64,000 bases of DNA from positions 2,542,001-2,606,000 of the forward strand of contig OZ176059.1 in NCBI GenBank assembly GCA_964247055.1, in the 5' to 3' direction. Within the stretch, counting starts at the first letter, position 1. Each line of letters starts with the position of its first letter. The position numbers were made by a program, and so were the translations under genes. This DNA comes from Paragordius varius (taxonomy: Eukaryota; Animalia; Nematomorpha). This document shows positions 46,320-60,884 of this stretch, one piece after another. The notes beneath the pieces were generated by a model. It searched no databases. It was not told the origin of the DNA and saw only the letters and a program-made list of their open reading frames with translations.

Positions 46320-49300
46320 TAAATATTGAAATACGGACAAAACGAAATATAAAGACTAAAATTTTTCCCTAAAGACAACCCTACTTTTTCAAACCTTAAA
46401 TTTTATTACATAAACTACTTGATTATCTTTTTAAATGAATAATTGAGTGTATTAACAATTTGCATATCTAATCCCTATTTTGCAACTCAAATCAATAAGT
46501 AATATTTGAATAAATTTATTTTGAAAAAAGGGTTGTCTTTTAGACAAAAATATTTGTCTTTATATTTTTACGTGTTTTGTCCGTAAAACGTAACTGTAAT
46601 ATATCTTTAATTAGATTGGAATTTTGAAACGAAGAAACTGTTTAAATCTATATAAAAAAACGATTTCAGTGTTAAGTTTTTCCTCAACAAGGTTTTCGTT
46701 ATATCATTTTTTTAAATTAAATTAACAAAAAGCCAAGTAACTCTGATATTTGTTTAATAAATAGCCGCAAATGTATATGTAAAAAAGATTTATGAATGCT
46801 AGTCTACATTAAAAATTGGAATCCAACGATATCAAAATAAGGTTTAAATTAAATTTTTTAGGCTATACCAAGATAAAGGCCCGTTAAAAGTTTATCACAA
46901 TATCCTAAATTCATAACTTAAGTTAGCATATTGTTTAGATAACAGAACTTAAGAAATCTTCACATTTTAATTTAACTCTTGAAAATTAAAATGTACTTAT
47001 ATACTTACCAACATGGTAGTTCGTAAATCATATTTGTCAAAATATTGCGTTATAAACACATGAATCTCTATTAAATCCTTAACATCGGTCTCTTTGATCT
47101 CTTGTAATAGGTTAACAAGCCATTCATAACTTTTGTGTGATGGGCAAACCCACATAAAGTAAACCTAAAACCAAAAGTAATTATTTTATTTTTGTGGTAT
47201 ATTAAAAACGTAAAAACCTTAAAACAAAAATTATAATGAAACAAGTATATTTTTTTAATTTTAATTTTTAACAAAACTTATCGTTTTGGGTAATAAAATA
47301 AATAAACATGTAAGTGAAAAAACCAAATACACTCAAAATTGTAATTAAAAAGTTAGCATAGAAAAAATAAAGATTTGAAAAGTGTGGTTGGTTGTATTTC
47401 AAATATGTTTTTCACATATACGTTTTGTCAGTATAAATTCAATTTTTACAAAGTGAGAAGGGTAAATGGTATATATATACATATATGTAGCTCTTATCCG
47501 CCATTATATTGTATAAAAAAATAAAACTGGCAAAAAATATAATTCATAACTTTTTGACATTCAACCGTGTGATATTGGTTGGAATAATAGGTATTGACCA
47601 AATCTTTTAGGATAGATGCATATGGGGTAACACCTATCCCACCCCCAAACATAACTGCTATCTCATATTTTGGCCAATTTTGATTACCATCCCCGTAGGG
47701 TCCATCAATAAACACCTGGCAAATTGATAATATGGAAATATAACGAAAACAATTTGTAATCCTTTTTATATATAAATTTGACATGTTGGTCGTTTCAAAT
47801 GTTCAATAATACAAATATTTATTTTAAGCAAAAATATAATATATGGTTAAACCACCTGACTTAAAGAGAAGATAAACTTTTAAAAATAGTGTCTCTTTAC
47901 AAAACATTGTAGCAGGAAAATTTTTAAGGGCACGCATGATAACGGGAAGTTACCTCTTACAAAGTAATTCAACACAGTTTTAAAACAGACTCAAAATTCA
48001 TAATAATGTCTTACTAGAAAAATGCAAAAAATAGGAGAATGTATATTATTTGTATCGGGGTAACTTTACACGTCTAGATATAAGAAGAGTTAGAAAATTA
48101 AACAGTCAAAAGGTAAGGTAAAGAAATGACACAAAAAAATCAATTTCAAGCCAAAAAAGCGGTTAGGTCAACATACAAAAAATTAAAACATATGTATAGA
48201 AATTAGTTTATATTACACGTGGAAAATTGCTTCCTTGAACATTGTTGGGATCAAATAGATTTCTAACTTTCCATGTCCAACGCCCTAACGCCTTGATGTG
48301 AACGGATAAAACATCTTCGTGGGGACATGATGTTAGGGTGAAAGCATGATATTCCCCTGGATTTATGTCAGGAATAGAGATTTGTACCCATTGTCCAGAT
48401 TTGTAGTTGAAGGAATAAGGGCGATTCATTAGCAATTTTGTGACATCTATAATTATGCATTGCATTAATATTTGGCCTATTATTAATAAAAATATTCTGA
48501 TAATATTTAATTTGTAATAAACAGGTAACATGCTAGTATTCAAAGGTTTATCATATAGAATATGACGCCATTGTTATTAGGTTAAGATTAATTCTTATAT
48601 ATTGAAAAAATCATTACTTTAAAAGCTTAAAACCGAACTAAGTTTAATATATTTGTATTTTTTTTAATATGATATCAATTAAGTAGAATGTATAATTTTT
48701 TTGTTTTTTCCCTGACAATGATATCATATTTATATTGAAATATATTTGGAATCTTCGCATTTTTATTTGAGTGATATATTAGTTTACGGTTTATATCATA
48801 TTAATAAGATTTATTTCTTTATTGCATAGTTTATTATTTTTCAGTATAATCTTATTTTAAACGAAATTAAATTTAAAATATAAAAAAATTAATTTATTTT
48901 ATGGGTAAATTTGAGAAAAGGAGAAATTGAATTGTTGGGGGTATAGGGGGGTATGGGAATTTGAATTGCTCGAGGGTAAATTGTTTAAGGGTAAATTTGA
49001 AGCGTTAAATGGTATATAAGTTTTATAATGTTTAAATAATTTTTTTTAAAAAATGGCATAGTTTGATTTTGACACTGTACTTATGTCACCAAAAACTATG
49101 TGGAGTGCACACCTGAAGGTAGGAGGGATACATCACAAACTGCCACCTCCAAATGCTTCCTATTCAAACTTATAATCTTATCAATGGTAAAGAGTATGGC
49201 CGGTCCCAGGAGGTACCATTGAAATGCGGGTTCCGCCGTGAGCCTAGCTGCCCCATGGAGCAAATTTAATCCATAAAATAGGATGTAGAGCTTGTGAGTT

Positions 49301-50688
49301 GACCAAAAATATCTATATGCGTGTTTACGAACCTATATATATATATATATATATATATGCAAATATGAATTACGTTTTGTAAAATATACAGAAAGCGTTT
49401 TTTGCGCAAAGAGATCGATTTTATTATTTATAAGAAAATGGCTTTGTGTCAGTTCAATATTTTAAATTAAAAAAATAATATTTACATTGGTAAAGAAATT
49501 ATAAAAATATAAATTAACGAAAATTTAACAAATGCCAATCTCTATAATCCAAAAATTTATGATTAAAAAAATAGAAACATTATAAATTAACATAAAAAAT
49601 AAAAAATCATTTATTTTGGCGCCGTTAAGCTGATATAAGGTTCATAGAAAATTGAAAACATTAAAACGGTTTTAGAATTATATTTAGTTAAAGGATCTCA
49701 AGCTTAATATTTTTATTGCTCTTAAATGCATATTTGTAGTAATGTAATAGAAAATAATCCATTTTTATACATAACTATCGTGGTTGGTAACAAAACTGGA
49801 ATACTTTAAGTATTCAAAAACAATCGAAATTTTATACTCTTCTAGGATTCATAATATATGCATCACAAATTGTATATAAGATTATCTATCAATACCTTTT
49901 CATGTGCAAACACATAAATTATGACGGTTAAAAAGGTTAGTAGTACACCCGTTAGTCCGGTAACGGTTTTGTAAGCCCAAAAACTAAAAGGTGGAGGCAT
50001 TCCATTACCCCGGAAAAACATCTAAACCGTTACAAAACAAAGTAAATTTATCCATAAAATATATATGCCATTTACAATTATTCACCTTTAAACAATTTAA
50101 ATTCGCCCTTAAACAATTCAAATTAACCCTAAAAATAAATTGTGTTATTAAGATTGAAAATTACCTATATATTTTTTTTCATTTTTAAAAAGAGAAATTA
50201 TGTTAAAAATTAATAATAAACTATGCCTAAGAATATAATTTATAATAATGTTGAGTTATATTGGCCCGAAAATACATAATATTTTTTAGGGTAAATTTGA
50301 ATTGTTTAAGGGTGAATTTGAATTGTAAATGGTATAAATAAGGTCAGAGGTGCTCAACATAAATGGCTTTTTGGGCCGAAAATAAAAAAAAATTATAAGC
50401 ATTATATTTTAGATTATTTTAATATAAACCAAAAAATAGGATACAATATAAATAACATTATTTCATCAATTTTCGCAAGTTCGCTGCCAAAATTTGGAAA
50501 TTCCTATTCAAATTTGTTTAAGAAATATCAATTTTACTAAGTTTCATTTAAAATAGTTATATTTATTTTGGAATTTAATATATAATTGGCAATTTCCGAA
50601 TTCGTAGGTCACACAAAATATCTCACAGCGCCGCCTATAGAAAACCTCTGGTATAACTCATATTATAATTTAATAGTAAATAATAATT

Positions 50689-50729
<41 letters not shown>

Positions 50730-53700
50730 GATATATAAATACTTCGGGGAAAAGGCATTTCAGATATTCCAATGATTGCGTTGAGATGTGATAAAAATTA
50801 ACTAAATGTCCACCAACATGTAATATGGTAAATACGATGCCCGTGTAAGCGCATAACTTGTGGAAACCCAAAGCAGATTCAAATGGTATATAATTTTTTA
50901 CCTAAAAGTTAATAGAAATTTTACTCTTTATAGCAACGGAGTTTATCTCAAGCATACAGGGGACCCGCTTTTTATCAGCAATTTCGCCATCATTTTTTTA
51001 TTGAAATAATTTTTTTTGTAAAGCTTTGTATCAAAAAAAGCAACCGTTTTATTTAAACACAAGAATAAAATATTTTTATTGAAATTCAATAATGTATGTT
51101 GTTTTAATTGAAAAATATTGCTTCGATGGAAAAGGGTTGCTCTTATATGAAACATATTGACTATTGTGTATGCTAAAAATTGAGTTTTTCTTAACAAAAA
51201 GCTGTTATTTTATAGAAACATATGTTTTTTACTTTATATGTTTTGTCTTTATAATTTTAATTTTTACCTTGGTTTCTTGCAATTTAGTTATAAGGTGTCT
51301 ACACAACGGTAATAACATAATGCAGTATACGAATGAGATAATACTGGCCGAAGCTCGGGTCACACATATACCAGCACCCATAACCCGTCGTAAATCAGTA
51401 TGTTCCAATAATAGACAATACTCTGATGTCAAATTTATCAATATAATTAATTAGTTGCGACCAATAAGAAATATAAACACAAAAACAAATATATAAAAAT
51501 AAGGAGAACTGACTCTGGTAATTTAAATATTTATAACCTTTGTTTAAACACCCTAAAACTTTTTTTAGGATGAATAAAAAGGTTTTTATTCTCATTTTTA
51601 TTATATTTATTATAGCAAAACATACTTAACATTTTGTCGGCAAAGAGACCAGCTATGATAAAGAAAAAAAGAATGAGATAAAAGATATTTTGACGATTCT
51701 CCTCCACATAAGTCAGGAATGAAAACCAATATTTGGCCCATACATGTTGATTTTTAGTTCTGTCCAAATCTTCAGGATTCGTAACAATCCCTTCCATACT
51801 AAAACTATCTCTCCTACATATAAAATGAAATTCTAATTTTAATGTAAAAAATTTTTTTTTCACATGGAAAATTGGAATATATTTCATTACAAAAATTTCA
51901 AAAAAAATCGTATTTGTTTTACATTCATAAAATATCATTAATTTTTGGATACTTTAAAAGTGTGAAATCTTACCTAGGACCTTTGACTTTGCTTCCAAAT
52001 ACTTTACCAGCCCCTTTGAAATGAATACCGCAATTTGACCAATCTCTCTCGTGTAATAACATAAGTTGTGTGAAATCTTTGAAGGTTATAACGGAACTTT
52101 TGAAACCGGCGCAGGTTATGGCATCCGATAGACATGCATCTAGGCTTCTTTCGTTTTGAGCATCACAGTCAATGAAACCCCTTTGAATATAGGTAAAAAA
52201 CTGCGTTTAATAATACAAGAAAAGCTCCATTTTAATATTTAAATTTTGCCTTTATAAACTTTTTCTTAAATTATTGGGATGAAATTTGCTACAGCTAATA
52301 TTTGGAACAAATGCATTTTTAGTTTAACGACTGTTTATATTTAATATATTACAAAAAATATTTAATTATATTATGCAAAAAAAATACTTGAGCAAGGAAA
52401 AAAATTCAGCTCGAGTTAGTTCGCCTTTCTGTTGTATGTCAAACATATCAAACATAATTCGAAGTTTTTCTTCTGTCGTACCTATGTTGCATTAAATTAA
52501 TTATTAATCGTTATAAAAATTTACTTTCCATAAATAAAAAGAGGAATGAAGCGGTGAACATTTTTTTAAATATATCGCTTTTATTAAAATTTGAAGTGAA
52601 TAATTATAGACCTTTAGAGAAACGTCTTATTTTATTTATTTAAGGATTGGACAAAATACGTAAATTTGTTACGCTGACTCCTTCCTTCGATTTGCCTACC
52701 ATATGAAAAAAAATTAAAAAAAAAAACTATGCCCTATATTTTTAAAAGTTTATATGGTAATTAGTCCAACATTATAAACTTAGAGTAGAAATCAAATAAA
52801 TAAAAACATATATCATTCCCAAGTGCTTACAAATGAGATTTTTTTCTAACACTTTCCACGAATCCTTCTATGCCAAAATTTAAAAATAAACAGCCATTCC
52901 GATCAGTATTTCCCAGTATAGTATAAGTAGTATATAAAAACGTACCGTTTGCAAATATGTATGTCATATTTAGCAAATCCTGGAAGCACAGATACCCCGT
53001 ATGCCGTTTATCTATGACGGCAAACATACGTTCAACAAACATGGATTTAACATTCATACCCAGGGCGTCTGCAAACTCTGATTTAGTTAATTTGGCATTC
53101 ATTATGTATGATTGATCATTGCGACCGCTGTTCCTTTTTCGGTTTCGTTTGGAGTCATCGATATTTGCATTGTTTCCAACAGTCTTGCCTTTACTACATG
53201 TAATTGCGGACCAAATATTTATCATATATGAGGTTAAGGTACAAAATATTCCTGCAAATGAATTGTGCTTGGTAGTTGCATGATTGTCAAATTTTTTATG
53301 GGTACCATTTGAAGTTGGATTTAAAATGACAGTTGATTTGTTTTTCATATCGAGGTTATTTTCAAATGTCTATCAAAATAAGGATAAAATCGAATCCTTT
53401 TAACAAAAATTGTATTTTGCATAACAAATTAATAATAGTTTTTAATCAGGGGTACACAAAGCGAGCCGCATTTTAAAGCGAAAAACCAACCGCACATAAA
53501 AAATATATTGCATCATAAATATAAAATTATACCAATATATTTGCACATATTGACTTATCTTTATTTGTGAATTTTATGTATTTTTCGTAGGCGGCAAAAA
53601 ATATCTCAGAGGGCGGTATGCGGGGCGTGTGCTGGAGACCCCTGATTTAAACCAATTATGCAATATTAAATACATGTGTAAAATAAATTTTTAGTTTGCA

Positions 53701-56700
53701 CCAGATAACATCAAAAATAAGCAACCTGAGTAAATGCTTTACGGAAAAAATAGTCCATAAGCTTTTGCTTTTTTTCCTTCGTTTCAGCCTCTTCAAAGAT
53801 GTCATCAATGGTCAAATATGAGATTTCGACATTTGTACCCATTCTATGAGCGAAATTTACGAATTTTACACAAGCAAACAGATCCCTTCCATCCAACGAT
53901 TTGAATTCAAGCAACTGTCAATATATATATATATATATATAAGAATATATTTTCAAAAGCACGCTTTACTTTTTTAAATATGATTTTTAAATTGGAAAGT
54001 ATGTAATAGAGATGTAAATTGGTAGTACAATTTGATTACACTAGAAAACCAATTTTGACTTTTTTAAGTGCCATTCTTGAAAATTAATATTATGATTGAA
54101 GTACATAAATAGTAAATCTGAAAAAAAATTGATCTTACACCTAAAATTTTTATGAGGATCGATTTGGCACCGATTTAACATATAACTCAAAATTTTCAAA
54201 AAAAATTTAGATATAGATCCGTGTATTATATCATTTCAAAGAGCGCGAAAAACTCTATCTATCGAATAGTAGTTAGTCATTTAAATCAATTTAATGTAAA
54301 AGTTATTTGGGTTTATAAGGTCAAAATTTTCAACCCTTAAATAAGTCAAAAATTTAGACCAACTAACTAAAAAATAATATAAATTATTTTGAAATTTAAA
54401 AAATCTTTAAAAAAGCATTCGGTTTGTTTTTTAATAACAATTATTTTATCAAATCATTTTTTCTAGTGGAATAAAATGCATGGTTATAACTATAAATTTA
54501 TTGCATAATCTTCAAAAGAAAAATACCTTATTTGATAAACTATAAGCTTCCAATTAAAATTGATAAGATAGTTTTTTAAAAATACCTGTTTTGAATGACA
54601 TAAAAGCAATAAATAAGTGTTTTAATCAAAAAAACTTTGTGTTTTCTTTTTTGGACCTAATTTGTCATCTAGATAAAGTTCTATTTTCATCCATTAGTTT
54701 AGAAAATTTATTAATTAAGAATAACCTCTCGCTTCGCACGTTTGTCGCCTCCTATATCCTATATTAACTATCGATGGAAAACATATTAGTATGAATTATA
54801 AAGTTTTCATTACTCTTTCGAATGATATTTACGTTGTATGTTTTCATAAAAGCACATTTTTTAGTCAAATTTTGATGAAGGAGGAGCATAATAAATAATA
54901 TTATATAAAATTCTTATTTATTTCAGATTTACTGTTATAATGATTGTAAATACTAGAAGATGCAAAAAACTCAAGTGGCAAAAAAATTTGTTGTCTAGTG
55001 TAATTATATTATATTATTTTGAGAAAAAGGTTAAAAAAAGTATGGTCTGTCTCTTGATGTTTATTTTTTAACGTTTTGTTTGTATAATTTCATTTTTTAC
55101 TGTATTCACTAATATACGATATATGCGATAAAATTGGTAGATGATATAATAAGCTAAATATATTCAATATACAGTAGTAAGTATACATTGCTAGAAAGTT
55201 ATAAATTATTGCCAAATAGTAAATACAACAAATGGCAGTATTATTGGTTAATAATAGCAAAAAGTGAAAAAATATAAGCCCAAAATACTGCCCTTTGTTG
55301 TATATACTATTTGGCAATAATTAACAACTTTCTAGCAATGTATACTTATACTGTATCTACCAAACTGGTTAAATTCATTTGTTATAATATTTTCACCCTG
55401 AACCTGTTTTATTTATCATAAATGTCATTTATACAAATGTGCATATTAATAATGGTACCTTAGTTATATATTTTTACAAATCATACATTATCCTGATGAG
55501 AAACTTAATTTTTATGGCAAAAATCTTATCACAATCATGGTGCATTAGGTTAAGGTTCTTACGAATCATTAAAATTTAGTTAAACAATTTAAACTTTTTT
55601 GAGAAAAATTTTGAAAAGTTTAGCTATTATAATAAAATTACAGGCTTAATAAACCAATTTTCTAAAGATTTTTAAACAACTAATATGCCCTGATACCAAA
55701 AGCACTATACTGGATTTTTCAACAGATATATTTTAATGGAATATATTTTTAAAAACCGCAATTTGTGCTCAGTGCACATTAACAATAATTGGCCATTTAC
55801 AGCAGTAAAACAACGTTTGATGTATACCAATTACAATTCAAATTTACCCATGAACAATTCAAATTCACCCTACAAATAAATTCTAAACATTTTTGGGCTA
55901 ATATTACTCATACTTAATATGAAATAATTCTTTAGGCTTTTTATTATTTTAATTTTACATAGAATTTCATACTTTTTAATCTTAAAAAACACATGATTTA
56001 TTTTAGGTTGAATTTGTTATTTTAGAGTGAATTTGAAATGTGTGAGCATCATTATATTATCAAATCCGTATAACCATTACAATAAAAAGCAAGACTTAAT
56101 CGAATCGTAAACGAGAAAGGAAGGCCTCTTAGTAGTTTACTCTAAAGTTAGAATTTTTACTCATAGGGAATTATAATTATGTTTATGTAGAAAATATTGT
56201 AATACCAAATCATATTTTTCGAATGCTTTGATGAGCACGAAATAGGATTCATCGGTTGACCTTGGCCCATTTTGATTCATGTAAAGTTGAATCTTTTCAC
56301 CCAACGCAGTAAACTGGCTCCGTTTTAGTTCAACTCCTTTTCGACTTAATACTATGAGAATATCATCATTTGTTAGATCTAATACTATTTTCCTTCTGTG
56401 GTGTTCATTTAACCATTCATAGGCTATAAAACAAAAACAAATTTAATGTATTAGATGAATCATTTATATATGCAGTCGTTTACGCAATTACGGTTATAAC
56501 CAAGTTTCCAAATAGTAAGCAATCATTTTTTATAGGTTGATTATGGCAAAAAAAATAATAATATAGAGGAAGACTTTTGCATTAAATTACAGTATGAGTA
56601 AGTATACATTGTTAGAAAGTTATTAATTATTGCCAAATTGCATATACAAGAAAGGGCAATATTATTGGCTTATAGTTATTTTTTTACTTTTTGCTATTAT

Positions 56701-59700
56701 TAGCCAATAATTATTCTCGTTGCTGTTTATGCTATTTGGCAATAATCCATAACTTTCTAGCAATATATACTTAATCATACTGTAAGTTTCATACAAACAC
56801 TAATCAATATGTGTTTTAAAGTTTTGACTGGTCATTTTTTTAAGCGATCATAATTACTAGTAAGACCCTCTTCAAGATAATATTGCACAAAAACGGAAAA
56901 AACTTTGTGAAAAATTAAGGTTAAAATGGCACAACGGCGCCTGTCACCCCACACCGTCTGGCGAGGTCTGAGTAAAAATTTATTTTGTTGGCGCAATTTA
57001 CAAATATCAAGTGTGCCTGCTGATCAAACCGTGACATCGATTGTAATAGAATACCGTAAACTAAAAAATTTTTGAAACTATAATTAAAAATTGGTTTTAA
57101 AAGAGAGTGAACACGTTTCTTCAATTTCAACAAGGTCGATACGGGGTCGCACTTGCAAAAGTTTTGATGGGGGAATTGGTTTAATATAATTTCGACTCAA
57201 GATATTTTAATTTGGCAATTAAAATAGGGATGAATAGTTTTTTGAATACCAATAATTAATGCTTGTGAGATATAATCATTTTTCAAAATTATTATACCCA
57301 ATATCATTTCTTTGCCTGATTTCGTGTTATTTTGTGTCCAACTTGTTGAAACCATAGATATAGCTGAATACCTAAAATAATATTTTATCATAGCAAAAAT
57401 ATTAATTTATTCGGATTTAAAATATAGTATAGTTTGATCATAATTCACACGAAAAAATACAGTACGCATTTTAATGGTTGCTTATTTCACACTATAGTAG
57501 GGCAATTTGCAACACAGTGTATCGAAAAAAGAAAGGAAATGCTTGTTTATTCAACATTATGTTGTTTTTTTCACACGTGTTGCCAATTACCCAACTATAG
57601 TGTCAGGGGCGTACCGAGGGGGGGTCAAGGGGGTGCATCATGCCCCGGGCGCCGTTGTTTAGGAGCGCCTAAATGATTTTTTAAAATTAAATTTTAATTA
57701 TGCAAAAATAATAAGAACTTTTAAATGAGATTTTTCAGAATTTAGGTAATATCAAAAGCCAGAAAAATTTTTACAGAGATATTTTTTCTCTTAGTTGCCT
57801 TTTTCCTTTCCAAATGATAAAATCTTCATATAATTAATATTTTATTAAATAATATAATTCTGTTAAAATTGTATTGTAAAATTGGCCTAGATTTACAATT
57901 ATTTTTTAAATCTTTATTGTTCGCCATTACCATGATATCATTTCATATGCAACAAAAACATTATTTTTTTTATATAATTTTTATATTATAGAATTTGTTA
58001 GAATCAACGTTTTTTTTTACTAAATTGTTTTATTGGCTTTTTTTAAAAAAAAAAGGGGGGGGGGGGGCCATAAAAGTTTTATGCCCCCGCCGCAAATGCT
58101 CGGTACGCCACTGTATAGTGTGGAATAAGGAACCATTAAAATGCATACTGTATATACAAGCCATTTTATATAAATATAATTTAATTTATTATAATTTAAT
58201 TTCATGATTGTTTTTTAGCTGAATAAAATTTATTTTTAAAATTTATGCATTCTATAGTTTATTATATATTTGTATGAATCATAAAAAGAGTTGATATCCA
58301 AAAGGTGCATATTTACGATTGGGTCTGGGTTAAAAGTTACGATCGTGACTCTAAAAACTATTAAATATAACTTAACATATGCTTATCATTATATCAAAGT
58401 ATTATATTTTACACTACAGATCTTGTTGTCCATATGTCCATTAATATACAAATTAGATCGTTTACGGCCCCAGGGCTATTTAAAATCAAATGTTTCATAA
58501 GATATGCAATATAACTAACTCCATTTTAAAAGTCAACACTTATATAATATCTATAAACCAATATATCAAAATAAAAAATGCTTATATTTTTTATTAATTA
58601 TAAACTGCATTAGCAGGTTAAAATACTTCTCCCAAAAAATTTTATAACCAAAATATATATTATATATCAGAACATAGAAAAAATTTGTTTGATTTCAACA
58701 ACCATTTGTTGTTTTTTACTATAGATTGTATTGCCAATCGGTCAAAAATATTGTGAACTGGCCAACATAAAAATAAGATGCAATACAGATATTGATATAT
58801 TTCATATTTAATAAATTATATTAATTGCATATACAGTAGGTAGAGTATGGTGTACAAAAAATCCTTTGCCCAAAACATGATAAACGAAATTCATATTAGA
58901 GGGTGAGCGAAAGAAACGTACTACTGTATAAAAAGAAACAAAAACCTAGGGTGACGATGATGGTAACCATCCGGTTTTGTCATTTCATGTTCCGCTTGGA
59001 GAAGTTTGGTATCTTCTCGTAATGGCTTATTTTTGTTGGGTGGCATATAATTGTATTGTTTGCTTTTTGCATTGCCAAGGCGACGAGGACCACCTTGTCC
59101 CTTAACGTCGTTCATGGTGGAAAAGGAATGTGCTGTTGTACGCATCCTAGCAGACCCGTTTATGGCGTTTGATTCATCTTACAACATTTTGTTTATTAAA
59201 ATTCATATGTCCAAATCATAAAAGAATAATAATTAAAGAATTGGTTATAGTATAATAAAAAGGGAACTTTAAAACATATAATTAGGAAGCATATGGTTTA
59301 TTTATGTACGCTAATAAATAGGTGGAAAAAATACTATTTCAATCATTGATTGTCCTATTCTCTATATTTTCTGATATTTTATCGTTAAAACCTTTAATTT
59401 CTACCTTTAATGCTTGTCATAAACACCGTTTCTTCATCTGAAACGTTAAAAGCCTCATTATCAGCTCCATAGGTTTGATTGAATGATAGGAGTTTACCGC
59501 CTCCTCCCATAGTCTCAGGTTTCAGCCCATTTTCATTTATATATCCATTCTTGTTGGAATTTTTAATTACTAAATTTGAAAATAAATATATACATAGGCG
59601 AGTTTATTTTCATTATTGTAATAGTAATAGTAATTTACAAGATTTTGGTGGACTCAAATTTTTTATCATAGCCTTTTTAAATAGGTCCTCGGTACGTTGA

Positions 59701-60388
59701 GTTTTATTCTTAGCTAAATCGAGCAACTTTTGCCGACGTGCGCTTTGTTTACGTACAACAAACCATGCAAAAAGCCCTTTGAAATATAAATTTATAATAT
59801 ATCATAGGTATATATTGTGTATATCAAAAAAAAGATATTAAGTTTATTAATTTTTCCTGATTTTTTGTGAAGGTTGTTACTCTTGTTTATTCGTTATCGT
59901 TTGTTCCAAAATATTTTTTATCAAATCATGTGAGAAACAATTATCAAATATGAGTAAAACACCTAACCTAAAAAAACTACCCTCTGATTAATTTGTGTTG
60001 ATGAAAAATGGTTAATAAATATAGTAGATATCTTGGTTTTAAATAATAACTTAATATATTTGGTACAAGTTAGTATGTAAAACCTGCAATGACGGGTGAT
60101 ATAGCCAGTATTATACAAGTTATAACGTACGTCCTTTCATTCCCGCTAAAAAAATCATAAGTTTCAACGAAATCACACATCTCTAATCCATCCATTTGTG
60201 GCAAATTGGTAGCTGTACTTGGCATACGGGTCCCGAGTTGCATTGGCTGTTCACATGGATCGCCTATATTTTAAGGTGTTTTTTGGAAAAGCTATAAAAA
60301 GCTTCAAAAAAATATTCAAAGAATGAATATGTTGCATTATTTTAAGGATAATTCATCATATGAATATTATTTCATCAGATCAAATATA

Positions 60389-60423
<35 letters not shown>

Positions 60424-60884
60424 TAAATCAGAATTCTTCTTAAAAATTAAATTTGTTATATGTTTAGGTGTTGTCATTAAATTTTTCATTATTGAATTGT
60501 TAGATTTTTACTTGGTGTGTCAAATTTTGGGGCCTCCACTATTCAAAAAAATGGAAATCAAACGCTATAAAATGCGATCCACAATGAGCCAAATAGCAGT
60601 TTATCAGTATTTTTACATCTAGGGACGTACGCAACAAAGCCAAAACACTCATTTATGAGTTAGATAAATTGTTTTATGTGTCTCCCAACCGTAAACGCCC
60701 CAAAAATTTTGACACATTTGTGATATATATATATACTTTATAAAAATTAAACCCCAAAAATTAACCTTTTTCCCATGTAAAGACATTTCTTTGTATATCA
60801 TCCGAGGAGATGTCAGTAACATTGACAATAATATCATATAACTTTATAGATTTGATGAAAGCTATTTCTTCTGGATCAAATATG
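45507..60884 (-). CDS. Duox: Dual oxidase (NADPH oxidase/peroxidase), C-terminal two-thirds; remaining peroxidase-domain exons not in the window
   Basis: 20 exons: 60884-60766, 60263-60084, 59776-59639, 59569-59405, 59177-58968, 56423-56206, 53914-53726, 53369-52946, 52481-52388, 52180-51974, 51813-51626, 51422-51268, 50901-50743, 50021-49896, 49332-49113, 48446-48217, 47715-47551, 47164-47009, 46233-46105, 45635-45507; phases are consistent. Motifs: [20 protein letters not shown], heme histidines FHK..ILHVGGH and [45 protein letters not shown]. The 58968 donor was chosen for phase. Confidence 0.95.
46334..46583. mobile_element. MITE family D
   Basis: TA-CGGACAAAACG ... CGTGTTTTGTCCG-TA. Confidence 0.7.
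48720..49014. mobile_element. MITE family A, degenerate and left-truncated
   Basis: Right-end motifs GGGTAAATTTGAA...TAAATGGTA; family A interior. The left boundary is approximate. Confidence 0.5.
50066..50334. mobile_element. MITE family A
   Basis: TGCCATTTACAATT ... GGGTGAATTTGAATTGTAAATGGTA. Confidence 0.75.
55172..55353. mobile_element. MITE family C
   Basis: TA-CAGTAGTAAGTATACATTGCTAGAAAGTT / AACTTTCTAGCAATGTATACTTATACTG-TA. Confidence 0.75.
55825..56040. mobile_element. MITE family A, degenerate
   Basis: TACCAATTACAATTCAAATTTACCC on the left; decayed right end. Confidence 0.55.
56590..56782. mobile_element. MITE family C
   Basis: TA-CAGTATGAGTAAGTATACATTG / CAATATATACTTAATCATACTG-TA. 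Confidence 0.75.
57604..58113. mobile_element. Non-autonomous hAT element (510 bp) inserted into the right TIR of a family E MITE (starts 57488)
   Basis: TIR CAGGGGCGTACCGAG / CTCGGTACGCCACTG; exact 8-bp TSD TATAGTGT (57596-57603 and 58114-58121). Confidence 0.85.

Noticed and set aside
50881-50890. AAATGGTATA inside a Duox exon matches the MITE family A terminus
   Set aside because: Only 10 bp, and it encodes the conserved YIP(F) motif; a chance match rather than exonisation.
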